Of a stretch of 36,187 nucleotides of DNA, positions 1 through 9,175 are shown one piece after another. Under the pieces are notes generated by a model. That model did not search any database. It was not told the origin of the DNA and saw only the letters and a program-made list of their open reading frames with translations. The translations under genes were made by a program, and so were the position numbers. The DNA lies in IMG/VR virus record IMGVR_UViG_3300020414_000984; one strand, 5' to 3'. Positions within the stretch are counted from its first letter, which is position 1. Each line of letters opens with the position of its first letter. This stretch comes from an uncultured virus (IMG/VR IMGVR_UViG_3300020414_000984) (lineage: Duplodnaviria; Heunggongvirae; Uroviricota; Caudoviricetes; Crassvirales).

Positions 1-2
1 CA

Positions 3-1475
3 CAAGGGCCTTCAAATAGCGCTATAGCAACTTTTGCAGGTAATGTAGTTGCTGGAAATAGATTTGAAGCCGCGGTTGGAAGCGCGGGTGCCCCAACATA
101 TACTTTTACTGGTAAAACCGACACTGGTATGTATGCTCGTGATCATAGTAGTAATGATAGATTAGGATTTTCAATAGATGGCACAGAAAGAGCTTATATA
201 GATGCAAATGGTATTACTTCGATGGGTAACTTTTATGCGCCATCAGGTAATTCGTTTAGAAATTACAGTGGTGTTTGGGCTGCTACAACGGGTACGAGTG
301 GTAATGGATTTACATTTGCTAACACAGCGGACAACAGCGGTGCTGTATTACTAAGCATTACATCTGACTCTTCTGCGGCTTCAGCTTCAGTTGCTACTTT
401 TGCAGGTGATATGCAAGCCGCAAGAGTATATGTAGGCTCCACAAACACAAGTTATGATTTTTACAATAATGGAACTAGCTATTTAAATGGTAATGTAACA
501 GTAGATGCTGCATTTACACAAACAGGCGGAGCTGCATTAACTTTTTCAGGTGATGTAAATATGTCAACAGGTAAATCAGTTTATATTAGTGGCACATCAG
601 GACTAAGACTTATACATGATGGTACAAATGGTCATGTTATTTCTGGTACTGGACAACTTAAAATAACTAACGGTGCTCAAGATGAAGATATAATATTTAG
701 AGGCAACGATAATGGCAGTTCTTTTACAGCTCTTACTTTAGATATGTCAGAAGCCGGTTATGCAATATTTAATAGTACTGTTAAAGCGCCTACACTTACA
801 GGAGCCAATAATTTAGGCGCAACAGTATATACAATAGATTCAACAGGGGTTGTATTACATCCAACTGGGTCTGTTGTTAGAGCTGGTACTGGTACTAAAG
901 GTGCGCCATCATTTAGTTTTGCAGGTGACTCAAATACAGGAATGTACTCAGATTCTTCTGATACATTAAAATTTACTGCAGGTGGAAATAATATGTTACA
1001 GGTAAACGTGGATGCAGGAAAAGTAGGAGTTGTTGGTAGTTTAAAAGTATCTTCAAATATTGAAGATAGAAACATACCTTGTTTATTTAATAGCAATTTT
1101 GAAGACGCTTATGGCACTAGTATTGTAGTAGTTCCTTTTAACAATAATACAGAAAATAACGTTTCAACTAGAACTTATAATCATAATTTAACTATGCCTT
1201 ATGCTGGTAAGTTAACAAAAATAGTTATGAAGCACGTTAGCGGAAGTTTAAGTAGTGGGTTTACAACACAATTATTCTTGTATGTAAATGGTTCCCAGCA
1301 AGCAAGTAGTAGTGAAATAAGTTTGTCAAGCAGTTCTGTAACATGGACACCAACATCAAACAACACATTTTCAGCTGGGGATGTGCTTACTTTTGCTTAT
1401 CAAAAAAGTGCTATAAAAACATTTGGAGGCGTTTCATTTGGAGTAGCAATAGAATTAACAGATTACGATATATAA
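3..1475 (+). CDS. Tail fibre / receptor-binding protein, 5'-truncated
   Basis: The frame is open from position 3 (QGPSNSAIATFAG...), upstream of the track ATG at 129. G/S/T/N-rich, with repeated ATFAG and G..GAP[ST][YF][TS]F.G..[DN]TGMY motifs typical of phage fibres, and a distinct beta-rich C-terminal domain. Confidence 0.8.
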   Translation, partial: QGPSNSAIATFAGNVVAGNRFEAAVGSAGAPTYTFTGKTDTGMYARDHSSNDRLGFSIDGTERAYIDANGITSMGNFYAPSGNSFRNYSGVWAATTGTSGNGFTFANTADNSGAVLLSITSDSSAASASVATFAGDMQAARVYVGSTNTSYDFYNNGTSYLNGNVTVDAAFTQTGGAALTFSGDVNMSTGKSVYISGTSGLRLIHDGTNGHVISGTGQLKITNGAQDEDIIFRGNDNGSSFTALTLDMSEAGYAIFNSTVKAPTLTGANNLGATVYTIDSTGVVLHPTGSVVRAGTGTKGAPSFSFAGDSNTGMYSDSSDTLKFTAGGNNMLQVNVDAGKVGVVGSLKVSSNIEDRNIPCLFNSNFEDAYGTSIVVVPFNNNTENNVSTRTYNHNLTMPYAGKLTKIVMKHVSGSLSSGFTTQLFLYVNGSQQASSSEISLSSSSVTWTPTSNNTFSAGDVLTFAYQKSAIKTFGGVSFGVAIELTDYDI

Positions 1476-1476
1476 T

Positions 1477-1971
1477 ATGGGATATTTTGAAAACATAAAC
1501 AAAAACGATTTAAATCTTTTAACCGATGGGGAGGTAAGATATGTAAATGGAGCATATACATTAGTTCCTTGGATGGAAGGGTTGGATGATGCCATATATC
1601 AAGGGTGTATTGATGATTTATTAAAAATGAATTGGGCACATTACAAATTATATTTAGTTGGTGGTCTTTTACAAGGTTGGAAAACAACTGATATAGATAT
1701 TTGTATAACTGGTGAAATTGATGAAAACTTACCAATTTTAATGAAAGCAGCAATGGAGTTAGGCCCATTTGATATGTATTATGTAAAGTCTTTAGACGAT
1801 ATAAAAGGATCAGGCAATAGAATATGGGAATTTGCAAAACCAGACTGTAAAGCACATGAAGGAGCACAAAGATGGCATGGCCAATGGAAATCTGATGGTA
1901 TGTTCTGGATGACTGAAAAATTTGATCCTAAGGGCAGAACTTACGATAAAGAACCTTTAGCATTAAATTAA
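1477..1971 (+). CDS. Small nucleotidyltransferase-like protein (Pol-beta superfamily), paralog 1
   Basis: YKLYLVGGLLQGWKTTDIDICITG matches hGG-x8-DhD; a candidate third acidic residue lies in GPFDMYYV. Confidence 0.65.
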   Translation: MGYFENINKNDLNLLTDGEVRYVNGAYTLVPWMEGLDDAIYQGCIDDLLKMNWAHYKLYLVGGLLQGWKTTDIDICITGEIDENLPILMKAAMELGPFDMYYVKSLDDIKGSGNRIWEFAKPDCKAHEGAQRWHGQWKSDGMFWMTEKFDPKGRTYDKEPLALN

Positions 1972-1990
1972 TAAAGTAAAAATTACGTAA

Positions 1991-2004
1991 AATACGTAAT
2001 GATA
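1991..2004 (+). promoter_or_regulatory. Putative late-promoter motif, copy 1 (AATACGTAATGATA)
   Basis: Intergenic; matches the AAYAMGTRATRATA copies at 11449 and 18182. Confidence 0.4.
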
Positions 2005-2037
2005 TAAACATAGTAATAATAATTAAAATTAAATTTT

Positions 2038-2304
2038 ATGGCAAAGAAAACAGACGATTTAAAAATCACAGACGAAGAATTAAAACTAATTCAAGAAAAA
2101 GTACAACAAATCAATAATTTGCAAATGCAAGTTGGAGGATTAGAAGTACAAAAAGCTACTGCTATTGCAATGGTTGGACAAGCCCAGGCAGAGCTAGGTA
2201 AAACTCAAGAAATGCTGGAAGAGAAATATGGTAAGGTTTCAGTTAATTTAACTGATGGTACTATAAAAGAGATTGAAGAAGATGAGCCTAATAAGGAAGA
2301 TTAG
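2038..2304 (+). CDS. Small coiled-coil protein, possibly an assembly chaperone
   Basis: 88 aa, helical heptad-like pattern, LEEKYGKVSVNLTDG end; A/T-rich leader. Confidence 0.6.
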   Translation: MAKKTDDLKITDEELKLIQEKVQQINNLQMQVGGLEVQKATAIAMVGQAQAELGKTQEMLEEKYGKVSVNLTDGTIKEIEEDEPNKED

Positions 2305-2500
2305 TATTGGTAGAGATTATAAAAACGATGCAATGCATTACGCTGTCGGCCAAGAAGTATATGGCGGGCATACCATATGCGATATAATTGAACAAGAAAG
2401 TAAATTTTCTATATTAATTAAAAAAGGTAAAGATGTTTTACCTTGGAAAGATTTTAATAAGAATATGGCGGTTTCTGTTGAATATAATTTAGAATATTAA
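2282..2500 (+). CDS. Hypothetical phage protein (MSLIRKISIG...)
   Basis: ATG at 2282 is in frame with the track ORF; its stop overlaps the next start (TAATG). Confidence 0.7.
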   Translation: MSLIRKISIGRDYKNDAMHYAVGQEVYGGHTICDIIEQESKFSILIKKGKDVLPWKDFNKNMAVSVEYNLEY

Positions 2501-3090
2501 TGCAAAGTTTATTTAACTTTATAGTCGAACCAAAAAATAAAAGATACGATAATACAAAACATATTGATGATAAAGAGCTGATATTAAATTCAGAAATATC
2601 TGATCATCGATATGTTAGTCGTGTCGGTAAAGTACTTAGCGTACCTAAAGCTATCAAAACAAAAATTAATGTAGGTGACGAAGTTATAGTACACCACAAT
2701 GTTTTTCGTAGATGGTACGACATTAGGGGCGTAGAGAAGAATAGCAAAAGCTATTGGAAAGAAAATAAATATTTTGTTGCTACAGACCAAATATTTCTGT
2801 ATAAAAGAAATAATGAATGGCATGCACCAGAAGGTTATTCTTTTATAAAACCAATTATATCAAATAATATATTGCAAAATGAAAAAGAGATTCCATTGCG
2901 TGGAATTATAAAGTATGTTGACCCAAAACTAAAAGATATACAAAAAGAAGATTTAATTGGATTTACACCGGAAAGCGAATATGAATTTGTTGTTGACGGT
3001 GAAAGATTATATAGAGTGCCAAATAATTCAATATCTATTAAGTATGAACGTCAAGGAAACGAAAAAGAATATAATCCAAGCTGGACATAA
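2500..3090 (+). CDS. GroES-like co-chaperonin
   Basis: FIVEP...G.VLSVP....I.VGDEVIVHHNVF pattern resembles the GroES fold, with a second similar half (IKPI...GIIKY...EDLIGF). Confidence 0.65.
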   Translation: MQSLFNFIVEPKNKRYDNTKHIDDKELILNSEISDHRYVSRVGKVLSVPKAIKTKINVGDEVIVHHNVFRRWYDIRGVEKNSKSYWKENKYFVATDQIFLYKRNNEWHAPEGYSFIKPIISNNILQNEKEIPLRGIIKYVDPKLKDIQKEDLIGFTPESEYEFVVDGERLYRVPNNSISIKYERQGNEKEYNPSWT

Positions 3091-3319
3091 AGCAGTTGAA
3101 GAATTAATTAAAGTTGCTAAAGAAAGAATTGTTGATTCAGATGATGATGTTTCAGCAGATAGATTAAAAAACGCGGCTGCTACAAAAAAGCTAGCTATAT
3201 TTGATGCTTTTGAAATACTTAATCGTATTGAAGAAGAAAAAAATATGTTAGAAGATAAACCTAAAGAAGTTAAAAAAGAAAAAACTTTTAGAGGGTTTGC
3301 AGAAGGGAGATCCAAATAA
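3044..3319 (+). CDS. Helical protein upstream of terL, candidate small terminase subunit
   Basis: Likely start is the ATG at 3044 (MNVKETKKNIIQAG); stop overlaps the terL ATG; assignment is positional only. Confidence 0.5.
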   Translation: MNVKETKKNIIQAGHKAVEELIKVAKERIVDSDDDVSADRLKNAAATKKLAIFDAFEILNRIEEEKNMLEDKPKEVKKEKTFRGFAEGRSK

Positions 3320-5535
3320 TGTATAAGCAATCATTATATAGCGTTATAGAGCCTATAAAAATTAATACAATTAAAAGGCTTAATAAAGCAAAAAAGTGGA
3401 AATACGGCTATAATAAAGAGCACGACGTAGTTGTTATAAGCAAGTCCGGTCAGATCGGGGAGGTGTATAGCATACAAAACTTAAAAATAGCTTTACCTAA
3501 ACAAAAAAATATACATAAGTTTGAAGATAACAAATGGAATAGATTTGAATATCCAAAAGCTTTAGAAAAAATAAAAACTGTTTTTGATTTTAAACAGTAC
3601 CCTCAAGATTTTAAAGAAAAATGGTATGATTACATCGATAATGAATTCACTCGTAGAGAAGAAGGTTTTTGGTTTTATAACAAAGGCATTCCTACTTACA
3701 TTAGTGGTACTCATTACATGTACTTGCAGTGGTCTAAAATTGACGTCGGGAATCCCGAATTCAGAGAGTCAAATAGATTATTCTTTATTTTCTGGGAAGC
3801 TTGTAAGGCAGATTCACGATCCTATGGGATGTGTTACCTTAAGAACAGGCGTTCCGGGTTTTCTTTCATGGCCTCAGGAGAGGTGGTTAACTTGGCAACC
3901 ATATCAAGTGACAGTAGGTATGGTATATTATCCAAGTCCGGTCCTGATGCAAAGAAGATGTTCACAGATAAGGTGGTACCCATATCAGTTAATTATCCCT
4001 TCTTTTTCAAGCCGACCCAGGACGGAATGGACCGTCCAAAGACCGAACTTGCCTACCGTGTCCCCGCAACCAAGTACACCCGTCGTAAGCTCACCGCCTC
4101 CGCCGATGAAACCTTACAGGACGAATTACAGGGACTTGATACCACCATCGATTGGAAGAACACCGGTGATAACTCCTACGACGGTGAGAAACTCAAACTC
4201 CTCGTACATGACGAGTCCGGTAAATGGGAGAAGCCGAACAACATCCTCAACAACTGGCGGGTCACCAAGACCACGTTACGATTAGGTAGTAGAATTATTG
4301 GTAAATGTATGATGGGTTCAACTAGTAACTCATTAGATAAAGGTGGTAGAAACTTTAAAAAACTATACGATGACTCAGATGTTACCAAGAGAAACAGCAA
4401 CGGACAGACTCGTTCAGGATTATATAGTTTGTTCATACCTATGGAATGGAACTACGAAGGATACATTGATTCTTATGGATTACCTGTATTCGATACACCG
4501 AAAAAATCGATTAAAGGACCTCAAAATGAGAAAATAAATTTAGGGGTTATTGAATATTGGGAAAATGAAGTTGAAGGATTAAAAGATGATCAAGACGCTT
4601 TAAATGAATTTTACAGACAATTTCCAAGAACAACAAAACATGCTTTTAGAGATGAATCAAAACAATCTTTATTTAATCTAACTAAAATTTATGAACAAAT
4701 AGATTTTAATGAAGATTTAAAAAATTCTATAGAAGTAACAAAAGGTAATTTTCAATGGGAAAATAGTGAAAAAGATACTAAAGTAATATTTGTACCTAAC
4801 AATAATGGTAGGTTTCTTGTTACTTGGGTTCCTCCTGTTTCACTACAAAATAAAAGATTTATTAAAAACGGAGTTAATTATCCTGGTAATGAACATATGG
4901 GAGCTTTTGGATGCGATCCTTATGATATATCAGGAACTGTAGATAAAAGAGGTTCTAATGGATCTTTGCATGGATTAACAAAGTTTAGCATGGAAAATGC
5001 ACCGCCAAATCATTTTTTCTTAGAATATATAGCTAGACCACAAACAGCTGAAATATTTTTTGAAGATGTTTTAATGGCTTGTGTTTTTTACGGTATGCCT
5101 ATATTAGCAGAAAACAATAAACCAAGATTACTATATTATTTTAAACGTAGAGGTTATAGAGGTTTTGCTATGAATAGACCTGATAAACTAAGAAATAAAT
5201 TATCAGTTACTGAAAGAGAAATAGGTGGTATACCAAATTCAAGCGAAGATATAAAACAAGCTCATGCTTCTGCCATAGAAACTTACATAGAACATTTTGT
5301 AGGTTTAAAAGAAACTGGATACGGTGACATGTATTTTCAGAGAACACTAGAAGACTGGGCAAAATTTAACATAAACAATAGAACAACACATGATGCTTCT
5401 ATTAGCTCTGGTCTAGCTTTAATGGCTTGCAATAAACATAGATATAAACCTAATGTTAAAAGAATATTAAAACCAGTAGATTTAGGTATAAAAAAATATA
5501 ATAATAAAGGATCAATGTCAAAAATAATTGAATAG
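3319..5535 (+). CDS. terL: Terminase large subunit
   Basis: 738 aa; Walker A-like YLKNRRSGFS, Walker B LLVHDESGKW, MMGST coupling motif, nuclease acidic motifs FGCDPYD and HDASISSGLA; lies directly before the portal gene. Confidence 0.93.
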   Translation: MYKQSLYSVIEPIKINTIKRLNKAKKWKYGYNKEHDVVVISKSGQIGEVYSIQNLKIALPKQKNIHKFEDNKWNRFEYPKALEKIKTVFDFKQYPQDFKEKWYDYIDNEFTRREEGFWFYNKGIPTYISGTHYMYLQWSKIDVGNPEFRESNRLFFIFWEACKADSRSYGMCYLKNRRSGFSFMASGEVVNLATISSDSRYGILSKSGPDAKKMFTDKVVPISVNYPFFFKPTQDGMDRPKTELAYRVPATKYTRRKLTASADETLQDELQGLDTTIDWKNTGDNSYDGEKLKLLVHDESGKWEKPNNILNNWRVTKTTLRLGSRIIGKCMMGSTSNSLDKGGRNFKKLYDDSDVTKRNSNGQTRSGLYSLFIPMEWNYEGYIDSYGLPVFDTPKKSIKGPQNEKINLGVIEYWENEVEGLKDDQDALNEFYRQFPRTTKHAFRDESKQSLFNLTKIYEQIDFNEDLKNSIEVTKGNFQWENSEKDTKVIFVPNNNGRFLVTWVPPVSLQNKRFIKNGVNYPGNEHMGAFGCDPYDISGTVDKRGSNGSLHGLTKFSMENAPPNHFFLEYIARPQTAEIFFEDVLMACVFYGMPILAENNKPRLLYYFKRRGYRGFAMNRPDKLRNKLSVTEREIGGIPNSSEDIKQAHASAIETYIEHFVGLKETGYGDMYFQRTLEDWAKFNINNRTTHDASISSGLALMACNKHRYKPNVKRILKPVDLGIKKYNNKGSMSKIIE
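3641..4285 (+). CDS. Candidate overprinted ORF in the +1 frame of terL (Pro/Ser/Thr-rich)
   Basis: Stop-free from 3584 to 4285 with ATGs at 3626 and 3641; coincides with a GC-rich island that ends at its TAG. Confidence 0.4.
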   Translation: MNSLVEKKVFGFITKAFLLTLVVLITCTCSGLKLTSGIPNSESQIDYSLFSGKLVRQIHDPMGCVTLRTGVPGFLSWPQERWLTWQPYQVTVGMVYYPSPVLMQRRCSQIRWYPYQLIIPSFSSRPRTEWTVQRPNLPTVSPQPSTPVVSSPPPPMKPYRTNYRDLIPPSIGRTPVITPTTVRNSNSSYMTSPVNGRSRTTSSTTGGSPRPRYD

Positions 5536-7926
5536 ATGAATATATATAGTGACACTAATAGTCCTTTTCCAAGTCAAGTTGTAAGTGATGCGGAAAAAGC
5601 TAGTCTTGAATATGGCAAGCAAGTTGCACAAGCTATAGAGCAAGAGTGGTTTAATCAAGGAAGAACTAGTGGTAATAGATACTTAACTAACTGGAATAAT
5701 TTTCATCAGTTAAGAACATATGCTAGAGGAGAGCAATCAATACAAAAATATAAAGATGAATTAGCGATTAACGGTGATTTGTCTTATCTTAATTTAGACT
5801 GGAAACCAGTTCCTATATTATCTAAGTTTGTAGATATAGTAGTAAATGGTATATCTTCAAAAACATATGATATAAAAGCTTATGCACAAGATCCTGAGTC
5901 TATAAAGAAAAGAACTAACTATGCTTCTAAAATATATGAAGACATGGTTGCTAGTGAGTATTTAGATAAATTAAGTCAAACATTAGGATTAGATTTATAT
6001 CAGTCTCCATTAAAAGATATAATTCCAGAAACATCAGATGAATTAGAGCTTCACATGCAGCTTTCATACAAACAAAGTGTAGAAATAGCAGAAGAAGAAG
6101 CAATATCTACTGTATTAGCTCAAAACAAATATGACCTAATAAGACGTAGATTGAATATGGATTTAGTTACTTGTGGTATAGCAGCTGCAAAAACTAGTTT
6201 TAACACAGCTAATGGCGTTACTGTAGATTATGTTGATCCTGCTTATATGGTTTATTCTTACACAGAAGATCCAAACTTTGAAGATATATACTATGTAGGT
6301 GAATTAAAATCTATTTCATTATCAGAATTAAAAAAAGAATTTCCACATATAACAGATAAAGAACTAGAAAGAATACAAGCAATGCCAGGTAATAGATCTT
6401 ATATTACAGGGTGGGGTGATTATGATGTTAATACTGTTCAGGTTTTGTATTTTGATTATAAAACTTATCACAATCAAGTTTTTAAAATAAAACAAACAGA
6501 TCAAGGTTTAATGAAAGCTATTGAAAAACCTGACACATTTAATCCACCTGAAAATGAAATGTTTGAAAGAGTTTCAAGATCTATTGAAGTTTTATATAGT
6601 GGCGCGAAAGTATTAGGTACAGATACCATGTTAAAATGGGAGTTAGCAGAAAACATGTCAAGACCTTATGCTGACACTACTAAAGTTAAAATGAATTATG
6701 CTATTTGTGCACCACGTATGTATAAAGGTAGAATAGAATCTATAGTTAGTAAATGTACTGGTTTTGCAGATATGATTCAACTAACTCATCTAAAACTACA
6801 GCAAGTTATATCTCGTATGGTACCAGATGGTGTTTATTTAGATATGGACGGTCTTGCTGAAGTTGATTTAGGTAATGGTACTAATTATAATCCAGCTGAA
6901 GCATTGAATATGTATTTCCAAACTGGTAGTATTGTAGGTAGATCACTAACTCAAGAAGGTGATATGAACGCGGGTAAAGTGCCTATACAAGAATTACAGT
7001 CTGGAAGTGGTAATGCTAAAATATCTAGTCTTATACAGACTTATCAATACTATTTACAAATGATAAGAGACGTGACCGGACTAAACGAAGCTAGAGATGG
7101 TAGTTTACCAGACCGTAACACACTTGTAGGATTACAGAAACTAGCCGCTAATGCATCAAATGTAGCAACTAGACATATTGTACAGTCTAGTTTGTTTTTG
7201 ACTCTTAAATTAGCAGAAAATATTAGCTTAAAAATAGCTGATGCTTTAGAGTTTCCTTTAACAAAATCATCGTTACAAAACTCTATTTCTACCTACAATG
7301 TTAAAACTTTGAAAGAAGTTGTTAATCTTAATTTACATGACTTTGGTATTTTCTTAGAATTAGAACCAGATGAGGAAGAAAAACAACAATTAGAAGCAAA
7401 TATACAAATAGCTTTGCAAGCTAAAAATATTGATGTTGAAGATGCTATAGATTTAAGACAAATTAAAAATCTTAAACTAGCAAATCAAATGCTTAAAGTT
7501 AAACGTAAACAAAAAGCAAAACAAGATCAAGCTAATCAACAAGCGAATATACAAGCACAAGCTCAAGCTCAAGCACAGACAGCAGAAAAAACAGCTATGG
7601 CTGAAGTACAAAAACAACAAGCTATATCTGGTGCTAATGTAGAGTATGAAAAAGCTAAAAGTGAGTTTGAAAAAGATCGTATGCAGTTACAAGCTCAGTT
7701 AGATCAGCAAAAAATGATGCAACAACATAAAAATGATATGGAACTTGCTAAATTACAAGAGCAAGGAACAACATCAAGAGAACAACAAAGAGAAAAAGCC
7801 AAGGATAAAAGAATAAAAATGGAGGGTACTCAACAAAGTAAAATGATTTCTCAAAGAAAAAACGATAGTAATCCAATAAACTTTGAATTAGAAGGTAAAC
7901 AAACCATGGGTGTTCCTAATCCTTAA
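5536..7926 (+). CDS. Portal protein
   Basis: 796 aa between terL and scaffold; motifs LDWKPVPILSKFVDIVVNG and RDVTGLNEARDG; long Q/K/E coiled-coil C-terminus. Confidence 0.88.
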   Translation: MNIYSDTNSPFPSQVVSDAEKASLEYGKQVAQAIEQEWFNQGRTSGNRYLTNWNNFHQLRTYARGEQSIQKYKDELAINGDLSYLNLDWKPVPILSKFVDIVVNGISSKTYDIKAYAQDPESIKKRTNYASKIYEDMVASEYLDKLSQTLGLDLYQSPLKDIIPETSDELELHMQLSYKQSVEIAEEEAISTVLAQNKYDLIRRRLNMDLVTCGIAAAKTSFNTANGVTVDYVDPAYMVYSYTEDPNFEDIYYVGELKSISLSELKKEFPHITDKELERIQAMPGNRSYITGWGDYDVNTVQVLYFDYKTYHNQVFKIKQTDQGLMKAIEKPDTFNPPENEMFERVSRSIEVLYSGAKVLGTDTMLKWELAENMSRPYADTTKVKMNYAICAPRMYKGRIESIVSKCTGFADMIQLTHLKLQQVISRMVPDGVYLDMDGLAEVDLGNGTNYNPAEALNMYFQTGSIVGRSLTQEGDMNAGKVPIQELQSGSGNAKISSLIQTYQYYLQMIRDVTGLNEARDGSLPDRNTLVGLQKLAANASNVATRHIVQSSLFLTLKLAENISLKIADALEFPLTKSSLQNSISTYNVKTLKEVVNLNLHDFGIFLELEPDEEEKQQLEANIQIALQAKNIDVEDAIDLRQIKNLKLANQMLKVKRKQKAKQDQANQQANIQAQAQAQAQTAEKTAMAEVQKQQAISGANVEYEKAKSEFEKDRMQLQAQLDQQKMMQQHKNDMELAKLQEQGTTSREQQREKAKDKRIKMEGTQQSKMISQRKNDSNPINFELEGKQTMGVPNP

Positions 7927-7953
7927 TCATTAATTATTTAATTATATTATATT

Positions 7954-9159
7954 ATGTCAGAAGAAGTAAAAACAAATGAACCTGTTAAACAGGAAGGTGA
8001 CTTTAAAATAAAAAGTAAACCTAAAAAACCAAAACAATTAGGTAATAAAGAACAAGAAATACCAAAGGTTAATATTAAAGAACCTTTAGTAGAAGTTGAA
8101 CCTGCTGTTAAAAAGGTTGAAATTAAAAAAGAAGACGATGCCATTCAAATCGGAGAAACAAAGGAGATACCTGTGGGCGAACCATCCGGAGATAGCGCAA
8201 AGGTGGGAGAACCTGTACAAAAGTCCGACGAGACTACTGAAGGGTTTTCTCCGATCCAAGAAGTAACTGAAGAAGAAGTTAAAAAAGTTGAAGCTGAAGT
8301 TAAAGAAGCTGTAAGAGACGAACAAGTATTAGGTAAACAATTACCTGAAAATGTAGAAAAACTTGTTAACTTCATGGAAGAAACCGGTGGAACTGTAGAA
8401 GATTACGTTAGATTAAATGCTGACTACAGTAATGTTGATGAAACAGCATTGTTAAAAGAATATTACAAAAAAAATAAACCTCATTTAGATTCAGACGATA
8501 TTAATCTTATATTAGAAGATTATACATGGGACGAAGATATACATGAAGAAAAAGAAATACGCAGGAAAAAACTTGCGTTTAAAGAAGAAGTTGCAAAAGC
8601 CAAAAACTATTTGGAAGACTTGAAACAAAAATATTACGACGAGATCAAGTTGAGACCGGGTGTTACTCAAGAACAACAAAAAGCAATGGACTTTTTCAAC
8701 CGATACAATAAGGAGCAAGCAAAAGCTGAGCAATTACACGAAGAGTTTAAACGTAAAACTAACAACCTTTTCAATGAAGATTTCAAAGGTTTTGATATTA
8801 AAGTTGGAGATAAAAGATATAAGTATAACGTTCAGAATCGTGAAAAAATTGCAGAAAACCAGTCAAACATTAATAATCTCATAGGGAAGTTCCTAGATGG
8901 AGATGGTAATGTGGTAGACCCAGCTGGTTATCATAAAGCAATGTATGCTGCTGAAAACGTAGATAAAATCGCTGCTCATTTTTACGAACAAGGTAAAGCC
9001 GACGCTGTAAAAGACGTCGTAAATAAATCTAAAAATCTTTCTGATGTAAAAGCAAGAGAAGGTAATAAAGGTGATATTTACATAGGTGGCTTGAAAGTAA
9101 AAGCGATTAGTGGTGCTGATTCTACAAAATTGAAAATTAAAACAAGAAAATTTAACTAA
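7954..9159 (+). CDS. Capsid scaffolding protein
   Basis: Acidic, low-complexity N-terminus and helical C-terminus; lies between portal and major capsid genes. Confidence 0.7.
   Translation: MSEEVKTNEPVKQEGDFKIKSKPKKPKQLGNKEQEIPKVNIKEPLVEVEPAVKKVEIKKEDDAIQIGETKEIPVGEPSGDSAKVGEPVQKSDETTEGFSPIQEVTEEEVKKVEAEVKEAVRDEQVLGKQLPENVEKLVNFMEETGGTVEDYVRLNADYSNVDETALLKEYYKKNKPHLDSDDINLILEDYTWDEDIHEEKEIRRKKLAFKEEVAKAKNYLEDLKQKYYDEIKLRPGVTQEQQKAMDFFNRYNKEQAKAEQLHEEFKRKTNNLFNEDFKGFDIKVGDKRYKYNVQNREKIAENQSNINNLIGKFLDGDGNVVDPAGYHKAMYAAENVDKIAAHFYEQGKADAVKDVVNKSKNLSDVKAREGNKGDIYIGGLKVKAISGADSTKLKIKTRKFN
8138..8266 (+). CDS. Overprinted 42-aa basic protein MPFKSEKQRRYLWANHPEIAQRWENLYKSPTRLLKGFLRSKK
   Basis: ATG-to-TAA ORF in the +1 frame of the scaffold gene that spans a GC-richer patch; resembles small phage proteins starting MPFKS.KQRR..WA..PEIA..W (from recollection). 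Confidence 0.7.
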   Translation: MPFKSEKQRRYLWANHPEIAQRWENLYKSPTRLLKGFLRSKK

Positions 9160-9175
9160 TTAAAAATTACAAATT

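Noticed and set aside
3..1475. Diversity-generating retroelement target
   Set aside because: No reverse transcriptase and no near-identical template repeat with adenine-specific mismatches were seen in the window.
7540..7585. CAAGCN tandem repeats in the portal gene
   Set aside because: They encode a QAQAQA coiled-coil stretch and are not a DNA-level repeat or CRISPR array.
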